Of a DNA stretch of 64,000 nucleotides, positions 1-10,892 are shown piece by piece (the stretch's first letter is position 1; the number at the start of each line of letters is the position of its first letter). The stretch is from Armatimonadota bacterium. GTDB lineage: Bacteria > Armatimonadota > UBA5829 > DSUL01. The DNA is taken from contig JBDHZC010000004.1 in assembly GCA_039811685.1 (NCBI GenBank), positions 192,001 to 256,000 on the forward strand, written 5' to 3'. The translations under genes were made by a program, and so were the position numbers. A model generated the notes under the pieces. It did no database searches. It saw nothing but the letters and a program-made list of their open reading frames with translations, and was not told the DNA's origin.

Positions 1-2
1 AC

Positions 3-821
3 TACCTGCCGCGTCGGGCGTGGGAAACAGACGTACGGCCAGCCGATGGCGCCAGTCTGGATCGATATATTGAATATATGAAAGGCCAGTTGAGTGAGCT
101 TCTTACCAACTACGGCCCAGTAGGCATTCTCTGGTTTGACGGTGGGTGGGAGCACAGCGCAGAGGAGCTACACTCTGCAGAAGTCAATGCCTTGATTCGT
201 CGCCTCCAGCCTCAGATCATCATAAATGACCGGAACAGACTCCCCGAAGACTACTCCACACCGGAGCAAAGCATTCCGGAAGATGCTCTACCAGACGGAC
301 GGCTGTGGGAAACCTGCATGACCATCAATGGCACGTGGGGATATGCGAAGAATGACACTGACTGGAAGTCCTCAACAGATCTCATTCGCAAGCTATGCGA
401 TATCGCCTCCAAGGGCGGCAACTTTCTACTGAACGTAGGGCCCACCTCAGAGGGTGTCTTTCCAGACGCGATAGATGAGCGGCTTGCAGACATCGGCCGT
501 TGGATGAAGACAAACGGAAAGAGCATTTACGGAACTGAGAAAAGTCCTCTGAAGGGTCTCCCAGCTTACGCGCGTTGTACACAGAAGGGTAGGAATCTCT
601 ACATTCAGATGTTCGAGTGGCCGGATGGACCAGGACTTCCGCTGGCAGGTCTCAAAACTCCGCCTGAAGAGGTCGTTGTACTCGGCTCTGACCAGCGCCT
701 CTCTTGTATGAAGCTCGACCTTCCCGAAGCCGAGTACTATGTTGTTGGCAAGATTCTCAAACCGGATCCGGCCGCTACAGTTCTGGAATTGCGATTCAAA
801 AGTCCTCCGGCACTGGATTAG
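3..821 (+). CDS. alpha-L-fucosidase (GH29), 5'-truncated by window edge
   Basis: Frame is open from the window start (YLPRRAWETD...YIEYM). GH29 motifs ILWFDGGW, IINDR, WETCMTIN.TWGY and SKGGNFLLNVGP. Confidence 0.9.
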   Translation, partial: YLPRRAWETDVRPADGASLDRYIEYMKGQLSELLTNYGPVGILWFDGGWEHSAEELHSAEVNALIRRLQPQIIINDRNRLPEDYSTPEQSIPEDALPDGRLWETCMTINGTWGYAKNDTDWKSSTDLIRKLCDIASKGGNFLLNVGPTSEGVFPDAIDERLADIGRWMKTNGKSIYGTEKSPLKGLPAYARCTQKGRNLYIQMFEWPDGPGLPLAGLKTPPEEVVVLGSDQRLSCMKLDLPEAEYYVVGKILKPDPAATVLELRFKSPPALD

Positions 822-914
822 ATCCTCCGTGCGCCAGTCGTGTCTTCGACCGGGCTTCGGTGGACGGAGGCAACGTATCCGAATTGATTTGCTGCCTTCT
901 GCACAGCCAGGCTG

Positions 915-1664
915 CTATCGCCGCATCGCCAGCAATTCTGGAATTGTGACAAAACGATAGCCTCTCCGGCGCAGCTCTTCAATAATCATAGGAGTCGCCT
1001 TCACGTCTTTCCAGCGACTACAGAACGTACCGTCATGGGCGAGGACTATTCCGCCACTCCGCACGTGTTTGAGCACTCTCCGGGTCATCAATTCCGGTGT
1101 AGGAGCATCGTGGTGATCAGCGCACACCGTCCAGAGAATTGTCCGGTATCCTTCTTCGTCCGCAATCTGTAGTACTGTGCCGTCTACGAGACCTCTTGGA
1201 GGGCGGAACAGATGTGCGCGCCGCCCTGTCATCTGCTCGATGATCTCTTCACATTTGTCCAGTTCCCGGATTACCTGCGCCTGAGAATCCGCCTCGATGT
1301 TGTGAGGATGAGAGAATGTGTGATTTGCCACAACGTGGCCACGCCTGACGACTTCGCGCACGATCTCCGGATGCTTCAACATTTCGCGTCCGATCATAAA
1401 AAACGTCGCCTTGATGTGGTAATGATCCAGAATCGAGAGTATTTCGGGAGTGTAGGTCGGGTGGGGGCCATCGTCAAACGTCAGAGCCACAACCTTCTGC
1501 TTTGTCGGAACCCGATATACCACAGGTGAGTCATCTCGCCCATATCCAGGGGCGCCAACCGGACGAAACCACAACAACAGTACGAGCCCGATCAGTGTGA
1601 TTTCCAGGATAGCTCGTCCTGAGCCGAGCGCCCGAGCTGAAAACCGGGTGAAGACTTCCCTCAT
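915..1664 (-). CDS. polysaccharide deacetylase (NodB/CE4), N-terminal membrane anchor
   Basis: CE4 motifs ALTFDDGP, NHTFSH, FRPPRG and IVLAHDG; N-terminal hydrophobic segment. Confidence 0.92.
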   Translation of the reverse strand: MREVFTRFSARALGSGRAILEITLIGLVLLLWFRPVGAPGYGRDDSPVVYRVPTKQKVVALTFDDGPHPTYTPEILSILDHYHIKATFFMIGREMLKHPEIVREVVRRGHVVANHTFSHPHNIEADSQAQVIRELDKCEEIIEQMTGRRAHLFRPPRGLVDGTVLQIADEEGYRTILWTVCADHHDAPTPELMTRRVLKHVRSGGIVLAHDGTFCSRWKDVKATPMIIEELRRRGYRFVTIPELLAMRR

Positions 1665-1915
1665 CGTCCCCTCTGTGCAGTGTTACGTTTCACACGAGTT
1701 ACCTGTCCAGTGTAGCTGTTGCGCCTCGACTGCCACATCCACGCTCGCTGTGCGTTCGTGTGGCAGCACTACCGCTGGCTCTTTACCATCTCTCTGGCGA
1801 GAAATGCATTTTGTCTTGACATGATTATCCGCGCACCAGCCATCGGGCCTCTCTTGACAGCGATTTATCTGCTGTCAGAGCGGGCGGAGGCCGTCACGCG
1901 AGCTACCAAGGGTTG

Positions 1916-1945
1916 ATAATACTATTCCGTTAGTGTCAAGGTCAA
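1916..1945 (-). promoter_or_regulatory. putative sigma70 promoter for the deacetylase
   Basis: Minus strand TTGACC-18 bp-TATTAT. Confidence 0.4.
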
Positions 1946-2014
1946 CGGCATCTAATCCGGATACTGTGGCGGTCACGAGGCGATGCGCGGAGGGCTCCTG
2001 GAGCGGTACCGTGG

Positions 2015-3112
2015 TCAGAAGGCAATGCGGTGGCGTCGCCGGTAGACACCCATCACCAGCCCCATTGCGGTGAGCATGGAGAGGAGGCTGCTCGGCCCGT
2101 AGCTGAAGAATGGGAGCGGCACTCCCACGACCGGCATAATGCCCATCGTCATACCAATATTCATGACGACGTGAAACAGCAGCATCGCCAGTACTCCCCC
2201 CGCCATCATGCGCCCCAGAGTCTCTTCTGTCGCCTGCATGATCATCGCTACGCGCGCAATGAGAATCCAGTACAGGATGATCAGCGCAGCAGAACCGACA
2301 AAGCCCAACTCCTCGCCCACCACCGTAAAAATGAAGTCCGTGTGTTGCTCGGGAATGAACGCATACTGGCTCTGCGTGCCGTGCCGATAACCCTTCCCGA
2401 GTAACTGGCCCGACCCGATTGCGATTTTCGACTGCTTTACGTGATATCCCGCCCCCTGAGCATCCGCCTCTGGGTGCATTAGGGTCACCACACGCTTTTT
2501 TTGATAGTCCTGAAATACGTTTGTATTCCACAAGATGAAGAAGCCGACCACTCCCATAGCAGCCAGCGCCAGCATATACTTCCAGCGCACCCCCGCTGCC
2601 AGAGAAACTCCAATCCAGATAGACGCCAGAACCAGCGATGTCCCAAGATCTGGTTGCTTGAACACAAGGAAGAGAGGCAGTGCGACGTGGACAAGTGAAA
2701 GGATGAATGTGCGAAGCTCACGAATCTCGTCATAATGCGACAGGAAAAACGCAGCCAGTGTCACGATGAGAACGACCTTGGCTGGTTCTGATGGCTGAAG
2801 CTGAAGAGGGCCCAGATCAAGCCACCGCTGCGCACCCTTGGAGTGCCGGCCAGCTATGTCGACAAACAACAGCGCTGCGACAGTCGCCCAGTAAACCCAG
2901 CGTGACAGACGCGGTAGAATGTGGTCGTCCAGACTGGCCGCCAGGGTTAGAAAGACGAGCCCCACAATTCCAGTGGCAATCTGCTTCTGAACGTAGGACG
3001 CGACGTACTTGCTCGGTGCCGCCGAATAGATCGCGAATACTCCATAGAGAATGATCGTTACAACGACTGTGAGCAAGACCCAGTCAGCACTTTTGAGAAC
3101 TCGACTACTCAT
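2015..3112 (-). CDS. rodA: rod shape-determining protein RodA (SEDS family)
   Basis: Multi-TM protein with GAQRWL, LQPSEPAK, KQPDLGT, IGSGQLLGKG, PEQHTDFIF and GVPLPFFSYG. Start moved to MSSRV (3112) to avoid a long overlap with the divergent gene. Confidence 0.9.
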   Translation of the reverse strand: MSSRVLKSADWVLLTVVVTIILYGVFAIYSAAPSKYVASYVQKQIATGIVGLVFLTLAASLDDHILPRLSRWVYWATVAALLFVDIAGRHSKGAQRWLDLGPLQLQPSEPAKVVLIVTLAAFFLSHYDEIRELRTFILSLVHVALPLFLVFKQPDLGTSLVLASIWIGVSLAAGVRWKYMLALAAMGVVGFFILWNTNVFQDYQKKRVVTLMHPEADAQGAGYHVKQSKIAIGSGQLLGKGYRHGTQSQYAFIPEQHTDFIFTVVGEELGFVGSAALIILYWILIARVAMIMQATEETLGRMMAGGVLAMLLFHVVMNIGMTMGIMPVVGVPLPFFSYGPSSLLSMLTAMGLVMGVYRRRHRIAF

Positions 3113-3134
3113 GACTTTGAAAACAGTAACTGAT

Positions 3135-4460
3135 ATGTTAGCGCCCAGCGCTCCAAAGATAACCGCGCATCTCGCCGTCTTTGCTCTTTGCGCTCTGCTT
3201 TTTGTCTGGTCCGCCACGCCTGCGCTGGCGCAACAGCCCTACGAACGCACGCTTTCCAACGGCCTGACTATTGTTGTCGCTCCGGATCCGTCTTTGAGAC
3301 TTGTAAGCGTCGATGTCTGGGTTCGCGCCGGCTCGGCCTTTGAAAACGACGACGAACAGGGAGTCGCCCATTTTCTCGAGCATGTCATCTTCAAGGGAAC
3401 GCCGACCCGGGGTCCGGGCGAGATTGACCTGGCGATTGAGAACGTCGGCGCCACGCTGAACGCCGCCACATCGAAAGACTGGGCACACTTCTTTACCACC
3501 ATTGCCACGGAATATCTTGATACAGCTCTTGATTTGCTATCAGATGCCGTCCTGCACCCTGTGTTCCGTCCGGCTGAAGTAGCTCGCGAAGCTCAGGTAA
3601 TCGCCTCTGAGATCGCCGGCCGCCGGTCCGATCCGGTGCAGTTACTACAAGATTCTCTGGCCGAAAATCTCTTTGGCTCCCATCCGTACGGAAGACCGGT
3701 CTACGGTACGCTGGAGCAGGTTCGCTCCATCAGCCCGCAGCAGCTTGCCTCCTTCCACAAACGTTGTTACGTGGGACCGGCGATGACTGTCGTTGTCGTC
3801 GGCAATGTCACACCGGATGATATATTCAAACGCGTCGAAAAGCGCTTCTCGTCAGTGCCCGATGGAACACCTGCCGCCTGGCCGCCGAAGGCCACTCCTC
3901 CAACGCAGGCCACACCAGTAGATATTCCGGAGAAAAGCGCAGGCGCCCAGTGGCTGGGTGTCTCCTTCCTTGGGCCCAGTATGGACGATCCCAGCGATGT
4001 CTGGACGATGGACGTTCTCGCTTCCATTCTGGCGCGCAAAGAGTCTGGCTGCCTCTACGATCGGCTTGTGACTGCGGATAACGTCTCAGTTGGCGTCGGG
4101 GCCAACTTCCTTACGCAGAAACTGCCTGCGATGGTTTCTCTGGTCACGGGCGCCCTGCCTGGAAAAGAGGATGAAAACCTCGCCGCAATTCGCCAGGAGA
4201 TTGCGAAGATTCGCCTCGACGGAGCATCGGCAGATGAAATGGCCGCAGCCAAGCGCTATCTGCTTGGAACAAACGCATTCGAAACAGAAACGGCGTCTGG
4301 ACAGGCCAGCAGTCTCGGGTTCTATGCTGTCATTGGCAGTGTCCGGGACAGTGTTCACTACGCTGAGAACGTGCAGAAGGTCACACTGGAAGATGTACAG
4401 CGAGTCGCCAGGAAGTATCTTGATCCGTCGCATATGGTGGTGGTGAGGTTGTCGAAATGA
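3135..4460 (+). CDS. M16 (pitrilysin-family) zinc peptidase, catalytic subunit, signal peptide
   Basis: Inverted zinc motif HFLEH; LNAATSKD; HPYGRPVYG; signal peptide ending ALA-QQ. Start uncertain (3111 or 3135). Confidence 0.9.
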   Translation: MLAPSAPKITAHLAVFALCALLFVWSATPALAQQPYERTLSNGLTIVVAPDPSLRLVSVDVWVRAGSAFENDDEQGVAHFLEHVIFKGTPTRGPGEIDLAIENVGATLNAATSKDWAHFFTTIATEYLDTALDLLSDAVLHPVFRPAEVAREAQVIASEIAGRRSDPVQLLQDSLAENLFGSHPYGRPVYGTLEQVRSISPQQLASFHKRCYVGPAMTVVVVGNVTPDDIFKRVEKRFSSVPDGTPAAWPPKATPPTQATPVDIPEKSAGAQWLGVSFLGPSMDDPSDVWTMDVLASILARKESGCLYDRLVTADNVSVGVGANFLTQKLPAMVSLVTGALPGKEDENLAAIRQEIAKIRLDGASADEMAAAKRYLLGTNAFETETASGQASSLGFYAVIGSVRDSVHYAENVQKVTLEDVQRVARKYLDPSHMVVVRLSK

Positions 4461-5818
4461 GAATGCCAGATCGCAGTTCAATAGCGGCGCTGACTCTTCG
4501 AGCGGTGTGGGTTCTAGCGCTGTCTCTTGCCGCTGCATTGCCTGTTCATGCTCAGACCAGGGACGTCAGCAAACTCATTTTCCCGAACGGTTTTCGGCTC
4601 CTGGCCAAGCCGGAGCCCGGCAAGGGGTTGATAGCCCTCGATATGGTAATCCGGGCTGGCGCTCAGGAGGAGACAGACCAGCCGGGAATGGGGCAGGTCG
4701 TCGCGAGGACGCTGTTCACAGGCGCAAGGAATCTCTCAGCGCGAAAGCTTGCGCAACTCTCGGATGAGGTGGGTGGAAGCTTTGCTGTGACGTGGGATCC
4801 GGACTATACGGAGATCTATATCGCCACAACAAAAGACCAGCTTTCTGCAGCGGTGGAATTGCTTGCAGAGACGTTGATCTCCCCGAAAATTAACGCCTCC
4901 GCCGTTGAAGCCGCAAAAACAATGCTCCGATCTGACATGGAGCGCGCCGGCAACGATGCCTTCCGCTCCGCCTATGACGAGATGCGACGGCTGCTCTATC
5001 GTGACAGCCCGTACCGGCGCCCTCTGCTGGGAGAACAAAGCGCGGTGGACAAGATATCGGCTGCGGACGTTCAGCAGTTCATCGGAAAGTGGTTTGTGCC
5101 CGGGAACATGGTGCTGGCTGTGGTGGGCGACGTGTCAGTACAACAAACGCAGGACGCGGTCAAGCTATGGTTCGGAAAGCAGCAGAGTGCCGCGGCGCCC
5201 AGGCGAGAGCCGATTGCCACTGAGAGCGGGCCTCAGCGGCCTCCGTCCTTGCTGGAAGTGGACTCGAACTCTTCCTACCTCGTTGCGGGGACACTTGCCT
5301 CTGGAATGGCATCAGCTAACTATGCCGCGGACATGGCCGCTATTACCGTCCTCGGAGGCGGCAAGGCCTCGCGCATGTTTCAGGATCTGCGGGAGCAGAG
5401 GGGTTTGGCCTATGAGCTGGGGACACTTTACCCACCGCTTCTGAATCAGTCGCACGCTCTGGCCTATGTCGTGGGCGCAACGTACACGCTTCAGCCTGAT
5501 GCCCGCGGTCAGAAGCCGACGACGGAGACTATTCGATCAGCTCTCAGAGGCGCTGTCGTAGGTCTGCGAGAGAAGCCGATCACGCAGGAAGAGCTGAATC
5601 GGGCAAAGAGCTACCTCATCGGCACGTTCGCCCTGGCGCACGAAAGGCTGCGAGAACGCGCAAAGCATCTGGCCTGGTACGAGGCGATGGGTCTGGGGTT
5701 TGGGTACGACGACCTGTATCCGCAAAAAATCCAGGCCGTAACGCTTGCTCAGGTTCGCGACAGCGCAGATCGCCTCTTTGATAGATCGGCTATGGTTGTC
5801 GTCGTCCCGAAGGAATGA
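4457..5818 (+). CDS. M16 peptidase partner subunit (no HxxEH), signal peptide
   Basis: M16 fold motifs PNGFRLL and SRMFQDLREQRGLAY; zinc motif replaced by QVVAR; ATGA overlap with the previous gene. Confidence 0.88.
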   Translation: MRMPDRSSIAALTLRAVWVLALSLAAALPVHAQTRDVSKLIFPNGFRLLAKPEPGKGLIALDMVIRAGAQEETDQPGMGQVVARTLFTGARNLSARKLAQLSDEVGGSFAVTWDPDYTEIYIATTKDQLSAAVELLAETLISPKINASAVEAAKTMLRSDMERAGNDAFRSAYDEMRRLLYRDSPYRRPLLGEQSAVDKISAADVQQFIGKWFVPGNMVLAVVGDVSVQQTQDAVKLWFGKQQSAAAPRREPIATESGPQRPPSLLEVDSNSSYLVAGTLASGMASANYAADMAAITVLGGGKASRMFQDLREQRGLAYELGTLYPPLLNQSHALAYVVGATYTLQPDARGQKPTTETIRSALRGAVVGLREKPITQEELNRAKSYLIGTFALAHERLRERAKHLAWYEAMGLGFGYDDLYPQKIQAVTLAQVRDSADRLFDRSAMVVVVPKE

Positions 5819-5919
5819 GACCCTTCCGCAGACTCAGCGTGTGCGACCGGGACGATTGGGCATTCTAATCCGGAATTCTGACCATGCGCCGAGAGAAAAG
5901 CCGCTCGCTTCAGCCCCAG

Positions 5920-7023
5920 CTATGCTGCGCGACCGCATGTTGCGCCGATTCTGCCTGCCTTGAGTCCCCGAAGCGCGCTCTCCAGAACGTCGTCCTCCTG
6001 GATACTGTCAATGCACGTGTGAAAGTTCGCGTCTGAGCACCAGCGGGAGTTGCAGCTTGTGCGGCAGCTCAGAGGCGCCATCAACACCGTGTGACGGTCG
6101 CTATCGTTGCGTTCTGGACACATCGAAGGACCAAAAATGCCGACTGTCGGAGTGTCAACTCCACGCGCCAGGTGCAAAACAGGTGAGTCATTGCTGATAA
6201 CGAGATCGAGTTGCGCCACCAGCGCCTGTATCTCCGTCCAGCTCAGGGCTCCTGGAGCGAAAACCGCGGCCATGCGGAGATCGCCGCCAACTTCCTGTGC
6301 CAGTGACCCTTCGCCTGAACCACTCGTAATCAGAATCGTGCCTCCCGTGTACCGCTCCAGCCTTCTTGCGACTGCCGTGAAGCGCTCTGTTGGCCATCTC
6401 TGAAGAAGCAGTGGGCTTCCCGGATGAATCCCGATCCACGGTCTCGGAGCCGCCTCGAGGAAGCTGTGGATGCGGCTGACGTGTTCAGGGCCGTAGGGCA
6501 GACGCACGGCGCCGGCGGTTCCACTGAAGCCCAGAGCTCGCACCAGACGAAGATGATCCAGTCTCGTGAGGCGTACGGATCGTACTCTGCTGCTGTGGGC
6601 GATTCTGTAGCGCGCGCTGGACAGTTCATGAGGCGAAGACTTACCGCCCGTGAAGTCAATAGCCAGATCGAACTTCTCTTTTCGCAAAGAGCGTATGAGC
6701 CGCGTTCTCTTCTGAATCCGTCCCAGCCACCCTTCGCCCTCCAGTGTTGAGGACAGAATGTTATGCAGCTCAGGATGTCCGCCCAGAACTTGCGCACTGT
6801 AGGGTGAAGTCAGAAATGCAATCTCAGGGCGCTGGAGCCCTTGTACCAGAGGGTGCACGCAGGGCAGCGCCTGAATAACGTCTTCGAGGAAACCCGTGTG
6901 AATACAAAGGACGCGGCGGATTTCTCCTGCTTCCCTTTCAGCGCAAAACGCCTCCAGGCGCTCCTGGCTCCAGTCGCCTGGAAGCGCCACTGTCTGATTG
7001 TCCGACGGATCTCCTGTGATCAT
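5920..7023 (-). CDS. glycosyltransferase family 9 (heptosyltransferase-like)
   Basis: FDLAIDF, IHPGS..QRWP.E.F, LVISNDSPVLHLA and PTVGIFGP motifs. Confidence 0.88.
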   Translation of the reverse strand: MITGDPSDNQTVALPGDWSQERLEAFCAEREAGEIRRVLCIHTGFLEDVIQALPCVHPLVQGLQRPEIAFLTSPYSAQVLGGHPELHNILSSTLEGEGWLGRIQKRTRLIRSLRKEKFDLAIDFTGGKSSPHELSSARYRIAHSSRVRSVRLTRLDHLRLVRALGFSGTAGAVRLPYGPEHVSRIHSFLEAAPRPWIGIHPGSPLLLQRWPTERFTAVARRLERYTGGTILITSGSGEGSLAQEVGGDLRMAAVFAPGALSWTEIQALVAQLDLVISNDSPVLHLARGVDTPTVGIFGPSMCPERNDSDRHTVLMAPLSCRTSCNSRWCSDANFHTCIDSIQEDDVLESALRGLKAGRIGATCGRAA

Positions 7024-7153
7024 TGCCGCTCAGTGTTGATCTCTTACTTCAGAATCGGCATCTCAACGGTGAAAATGAAGACCTGACGCATATCCTTCAC
7101 TCGCAACCAGAGCCTGGTCGGCGCACTTGCTGTGCAGCGTGCTACAATCGCCT

Positions 7154-7753
7154 GTGTCAAAGTCGTCTTTACTCCGAACATTCGTAGCTGTTATGCTGCC
7201 GGGAGATCTCCAGCGTACCATCGCAGACGCCGTGCGACCGTTGGAACGTTTACGAACACGTGTTTGTTTGACCAGGAAGGAGAATCTTCATATCACGCTG
7301 AAATTCCTCGGTGACGTATCCGTTGGGAAACTGCAGGAAGTGGCATCTCTGCTCATGCCCGTTGCTGGCCGGCGAGCGCCGTTTGAAATAGAGATTGCCG
7401 GCATTGGCGCTTTTCCCGATGTGGCTCGAGCGCGAATCATCTGGGTGGGGGTTAGTCGGGGCGCACAGGCGCTCAAGCTGCTTTCCCGGGATATTGAGGA
7501 GTCGCTTACGGGCGTCGGGTTTGAGGATGAAGACCGCTTCAAAGCGCACGTCACTGTGGGTCGGATCAGGCACGCCAGCCGGACGCCAGAATTGGAGACA
7601 GAACTGAAAGACCGTATCGGCACACTAGGCGGGTGCCGCGTGAGCGCGTTCTACCTTATGAAGAGCACTTTGGCTTCGGGTGGCTCGGTGTACGAAGTGC
7701 TGGAAGAGTTCCGCCTGAGTGGCGAAGAGCCATCTCCAGAGTTTGCGGGGTAA
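7154..7753 (+). CDS. thpR: RNA 2',3'-cyclic phosphodiesterase (2H phosphoesterase)
   Basis: RTFVAV; two HxT motifs (HITL, HVTV); typical position upstream of recA. GTG at 7154 chosen because it follows TGcTACAAT. Confidence 0.9.
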   Translation: MSKSSLLRTFVAVMLPGDLQRTIADAVRPLERLRTRVCLTRKENLHITLKFLGDVSVGKLQEVASLLMPVAGRRAPFEIEIAGIGAFPDVARARIIWVGVSRGAQALKLLSRDIEESLTGVGFEDEDRFKAHVTVGRIRHASRTPELETELKDRIGTLGGCRVSAFYLMKSTLASGGSVYEVLEEFRLSGEEPSPEFAG

Positions 7754-7763
7754 AAAACAACAC

Positions 7764-8798
7764 ATGGACAAGGAAAAAGCACTAGAGCTTGCGATAACAC
7801 AGATCGAGCGGCAGTTTGGACGGGGGTCGGTTATGAAGCTGGGACAGCGGCCGCAACTCACCATTGACGCCATTCCTACAGGGTCACTTTCGCTGGATAT
7901 CGCTCTTGGCATCGGTGGGATTCCCAAAGGCCGCATTATTGAGCTTTACGGGCAGGAGTCCTCCGGAAAAACGACGCTTGCCTATCATATCGTCGCTCAG
8001 GCGCAGAAGCGCGGTGGCACGGCAGCTTTTGTTGACGCCGAGCACGCCGTCGACCCTCTCTATGCAGCCAATCTTGGAGTGGACATCGACAATCTGCTCA
8101 TTTCTCAGCCGGATACCGCCGAGCAGGCGCTGGAGATTGTGGACGCGCTGGTGCGCAGCGGCGCTGTGGACGTTGTAGTTCTGGATTCTGTCGCTGCTCT
8201 CGTCCCGAAAGCGGAGATTGAAGGTGAGATGGGGGACTCGCACGTCGGTTTGCAGGCGCGTCTGATGTCGCAGGCCATGCGCAAGATTGGCGGATCGTGC
8301 GCCAAGACCAACACTGCTGCGATCTTCATCAACCAGATTCGAGAGAAAATCGGCGTTATGTTTGGCAATCCGGAGACGACACCTGGCGGTCGCGCGCTGA
8401 AGTTCTGGGCTTCGGTGCGTCTTGAGGTGCGGCGAATCGAGACGCTGAAGTCGGGTACGGAGCCTATTGGTAACCGAGTGCGCGTCAAAGTCGTGAAGAA
8501 CAAAGTCGCTGCGCCGTTCAAGCAGGCGGAATTTGACGTCTTCTTCCAGAAGGGAATTTCGCGGGAAGGGTCACTTCTGGACGTCGGCGTAGATCAGGGA
8601 CTCGTCACCAAGACGGGCACGTGGTTCAACTACGGTGAGGTTCGGCTCGGCCAGGGACGCGACAATTCGCGTTCTTATCTTGAGCAGAATCCGGAGATCG
8701 CCGACGAGCTGGAGAGCAAAATTCGCAGTGCGATCACCAGTACAGCAGTTCCCGTGGCCGAAGAGGAAGAGGAAGAACTGGAGCCTCTTGAAGTCTAG
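7764..8798 (+). CDS. recA: recombinase RecA
   Basis: GQESSGKTT Walker [41 protein letters not shown]. Confidence 0.99.
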   Translation: MDKEKALELAITQIERQFGRGSVMKLGQRPQLTIDAIPTGSLSLDIALGIGGIPKGRIIELYGQESSGKTTLAYHIVAQAQKRGGTAAFVDAEHAVDPLYAANLGVDIDNLLISQPDTAEQALEIVDALVRSGAVDVVVLDSVAALVPKAEIEGEMGDSHVGLQARLMSQAMRKIGGSCAKTNTAAIFINQIREKIGVMFGNPETTPGGRALKFWASVRLEVRRIETLKSGTEPIGNRVRVKVVKNKVAAPFKQAEFDVFFQKGISREGSLLDVGVDQGLVTKTGTWFNYGEVRLGQGRDNSRSYLEQNPEIADELESKIRSAITSTAVPVAEEEEEELEPLEV

Positions 8799-8969
8799 CT
8801 TTGCTCGATATTGCCTGCCTGTGAAGGGTCGCTCTCTTCGCTCGTATCCAGGAAGCGAGGACGTTTCTCGAGGAAGGAACCGGCGCCCGTCATCGCAAAG
8901 ACTTCTTGGGCTCTACTGTTCAGATTTGGGTAGATTGCGCGGTGGCCTGGAAAGCCGTCTGGGAAGGCA

Positions 8970-9752
8970 ATGATAGTCCTGATAGTTGGAGATATCGTCG
9001 GTCGGCCTGGACGGCGGGCCTTGTCCGAAACTCTGCCGGGACTGGTTGAGGAGTTCTCGCCCGATTTTGTGATAGCCAACGGAGAAAACGCGGCCGGTGG
9101 GTCTGGCATTACGCGAGAGACAGCAGCGCCGTTGTTTTCCGCTGGCGTCCACGTACTGACGATGGGCAATCACGTGTGGAATCACCGTGAGGCAATCCCT
9201 TACATCGAAGAGGACACCAGGATTGTCCGTCCGGCCAACTTCCCGTCAGGCTCGCCGGGGCGGGGAGCAAACGTGTTTGTAGCCCGGGACGGGGTGAAGG
9301 TCGCGGTTATCAATCTTCAGGGTCGCACTTTTATGCAGCCCATTGATGACCCGTTTCGAACCGGATCACAGCTCATTGAGACGCTCAGTCAGCAGGCGGA
9401 TGTCATCATTGTGGATTTTCACGCTGAGGCTACCTCGGAGAAGATGGCCTTCGCGCATTATGTGGACGGCGGGGTTGCCTGTGTTTATGGAACACATACG
9501 CACGTGGCGACGGCTGACGAAGGGGTGCTGCCGCGGGGCACCGCATACATCACAGATATCGGCATGACCGGGCCTTCGCAGTCAATTATCGGAATGCGCC
9601 CGGATGAAATTATTGAGCGCTTCGTTACGGGGCTCCCAAAGCGTTATGAGGTGGCGGGAGGGCCCACGATGCTGAATGGAATAGTGCTGGACATTGATGA
9701 GTCCAAGGGTCTGGCCCGCTCGATCCAGCGCGTACGCAGAGATGGATCTTAG
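8970..9752 (+). CDS. ymdB: YmdB-family metallophosphoesterase
   Basis: GDIVG, NGENAAGG, TMGNH, DFHAEATSEK and GTHTHV motifs. Confidence 0.93.
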   Translation: MIVLIVGDIVGRPGRRALSETLPGLVEEFSPDFVIANGENAAGGSGITRETAAPLFSAGVHVLTMGNHVWNHREAIPYIEEDTRIVRPANFPSGSPGRGANVFVARDGVKVAVINLQGRTFMQPIDDPFRTGSQLIETLSQQADVIIVDFHAEATSEKMAFAHYVDGGVACVYGTHTHVATADEGVLPRGTAYITDIGMTGPSQSIIGMRPDEIIERFVTGLPKRYEVAGGPTMLNGIVLDIDESKGLARSIQRVRRDGS

Positions 9753-9866
9753 GACAGCAGGAACCGACCGCTCGGATCCGGACGTCCAAATGACAGTGAA
9801 GGGCGGACACTGGGCGTCACCGAATCTCTTACCATTACTAGAATCAGCCCGGCAAGGACCAAAGCT

Positions 9867-10829
9867 TTGAGTAAAACGATAAAACGGATAGCAGTACTTC
9901 GAACAGCGCTCGTTGCGAGCTTGCTGACGCTGGGCTTCTCTGCCTGCGGAACTGCTCGTGAGCTTTCCATCTACTCGGGCCAGAGTCTGGCGACGGAGGG
10001 CATATCGCTGCATTCATGGGGAAGCGGTGTGTTTGAAGAGGATGACAAGACTGGATTCGACAGCACGCACAGTATCCAGATCACTTCTCCGAGTCTGTTT
10101 GCTGGGGCCTTTTTGACGCTGCGCGAACCTGTCCAGATCGCCGATCCCGCCACAATCACACAATTTGACTACATTGAAGTCACAGTCAAGTTCAAAACCA
10201 CAACTCAGATCGGTCTCAGTCCGTCGGGTGGCGCTCCAACCGCAACCGTCACTTATCAGCCTTTTCCTCTGGATATAGTGGGTGGCAACTACGATTATGA
10301 TGAGCTTCCGCAGGTGCCGAGAGCGCGCAATCTGAAGATGATTATGTACTCGGAGGATGGTCGTGCCCTGGAGCACACAGAGCCGATTGTGCTCAAACCG
10401 AATGATGAAGAGGGCTGGATTGGCGTGGCTTTTCCGCTGGCCGCGTTCGGATTGACTGCCGACTCCGGTGGGTTCAAACTCTCGAAACTCGCGCTGTCCT
10501 GCGACTACCCTGACACTTTCTGGGTCGGGCAGATTCACATTATCACTGACAGCAGCCCTATCTTCGTCGAGTCTCTCGGAGGGTCTGAAAGCGTGGCTCC
10601 CTACGACGCGCTGGTGTTCAAAGCAAACGCGGAGGCCGGTCACACCGCGCTTCTCTACTCATGGGACTTCAACGCCAAAGATGGGATTCAGGAAGACGCT
10701 ACGGGACCCTATGCCAGCGTCAGCTACAGCACTCCTGGTGAGTACACGATCACACTGACTGTCAGTGATCCGGATGGCCTCAAGAAGCCTGCGTCAGTAA
10801 AAACGACTGTGGAGGTCACCGGCTCCTGA
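9867..10829 (+). CDS. lipoprotein with C-terminal PKD domain
   Basis: Lipobox FSAC after a hydrophobic stretch; PKD signature YSWDF...YSTPGEYTITLTVSD. Confidence 0.75.
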   Translation: MSKTIKRIAVLRTALVASLLTLGFSACGTARELSIYSGQSLATEGISLHSWGSGVFEEDDKTGFDSTHSIQITSPSLFAGAFLTLREPVQIADPATITQFDYIEVTVKFKTTTQIGLSPSGGAPTATVTYQPFPLDIVGGNYDYDELPQVPRARNLKMIMYSEDGRALEHTEPIVLKPNDEEGWIGVAFPLAAFGLTADSGGFKLSKLALSCDYPDTFWVGQIHIITDSSPIFVESLGGSESVAPYDALVFKANAEAGHTALLYSWDFNAKDGIQEDATGPYASVSYSTPGEYTITLTVSDPDGLKKPASVKTTVEVTGS

Positions 10830-10892
10830 ATTCCGGGTGCGGACAACTCTCAGAGCGCTTTAGCGAGCGGTTGTGTGGCCGGAGTTGCGTGG

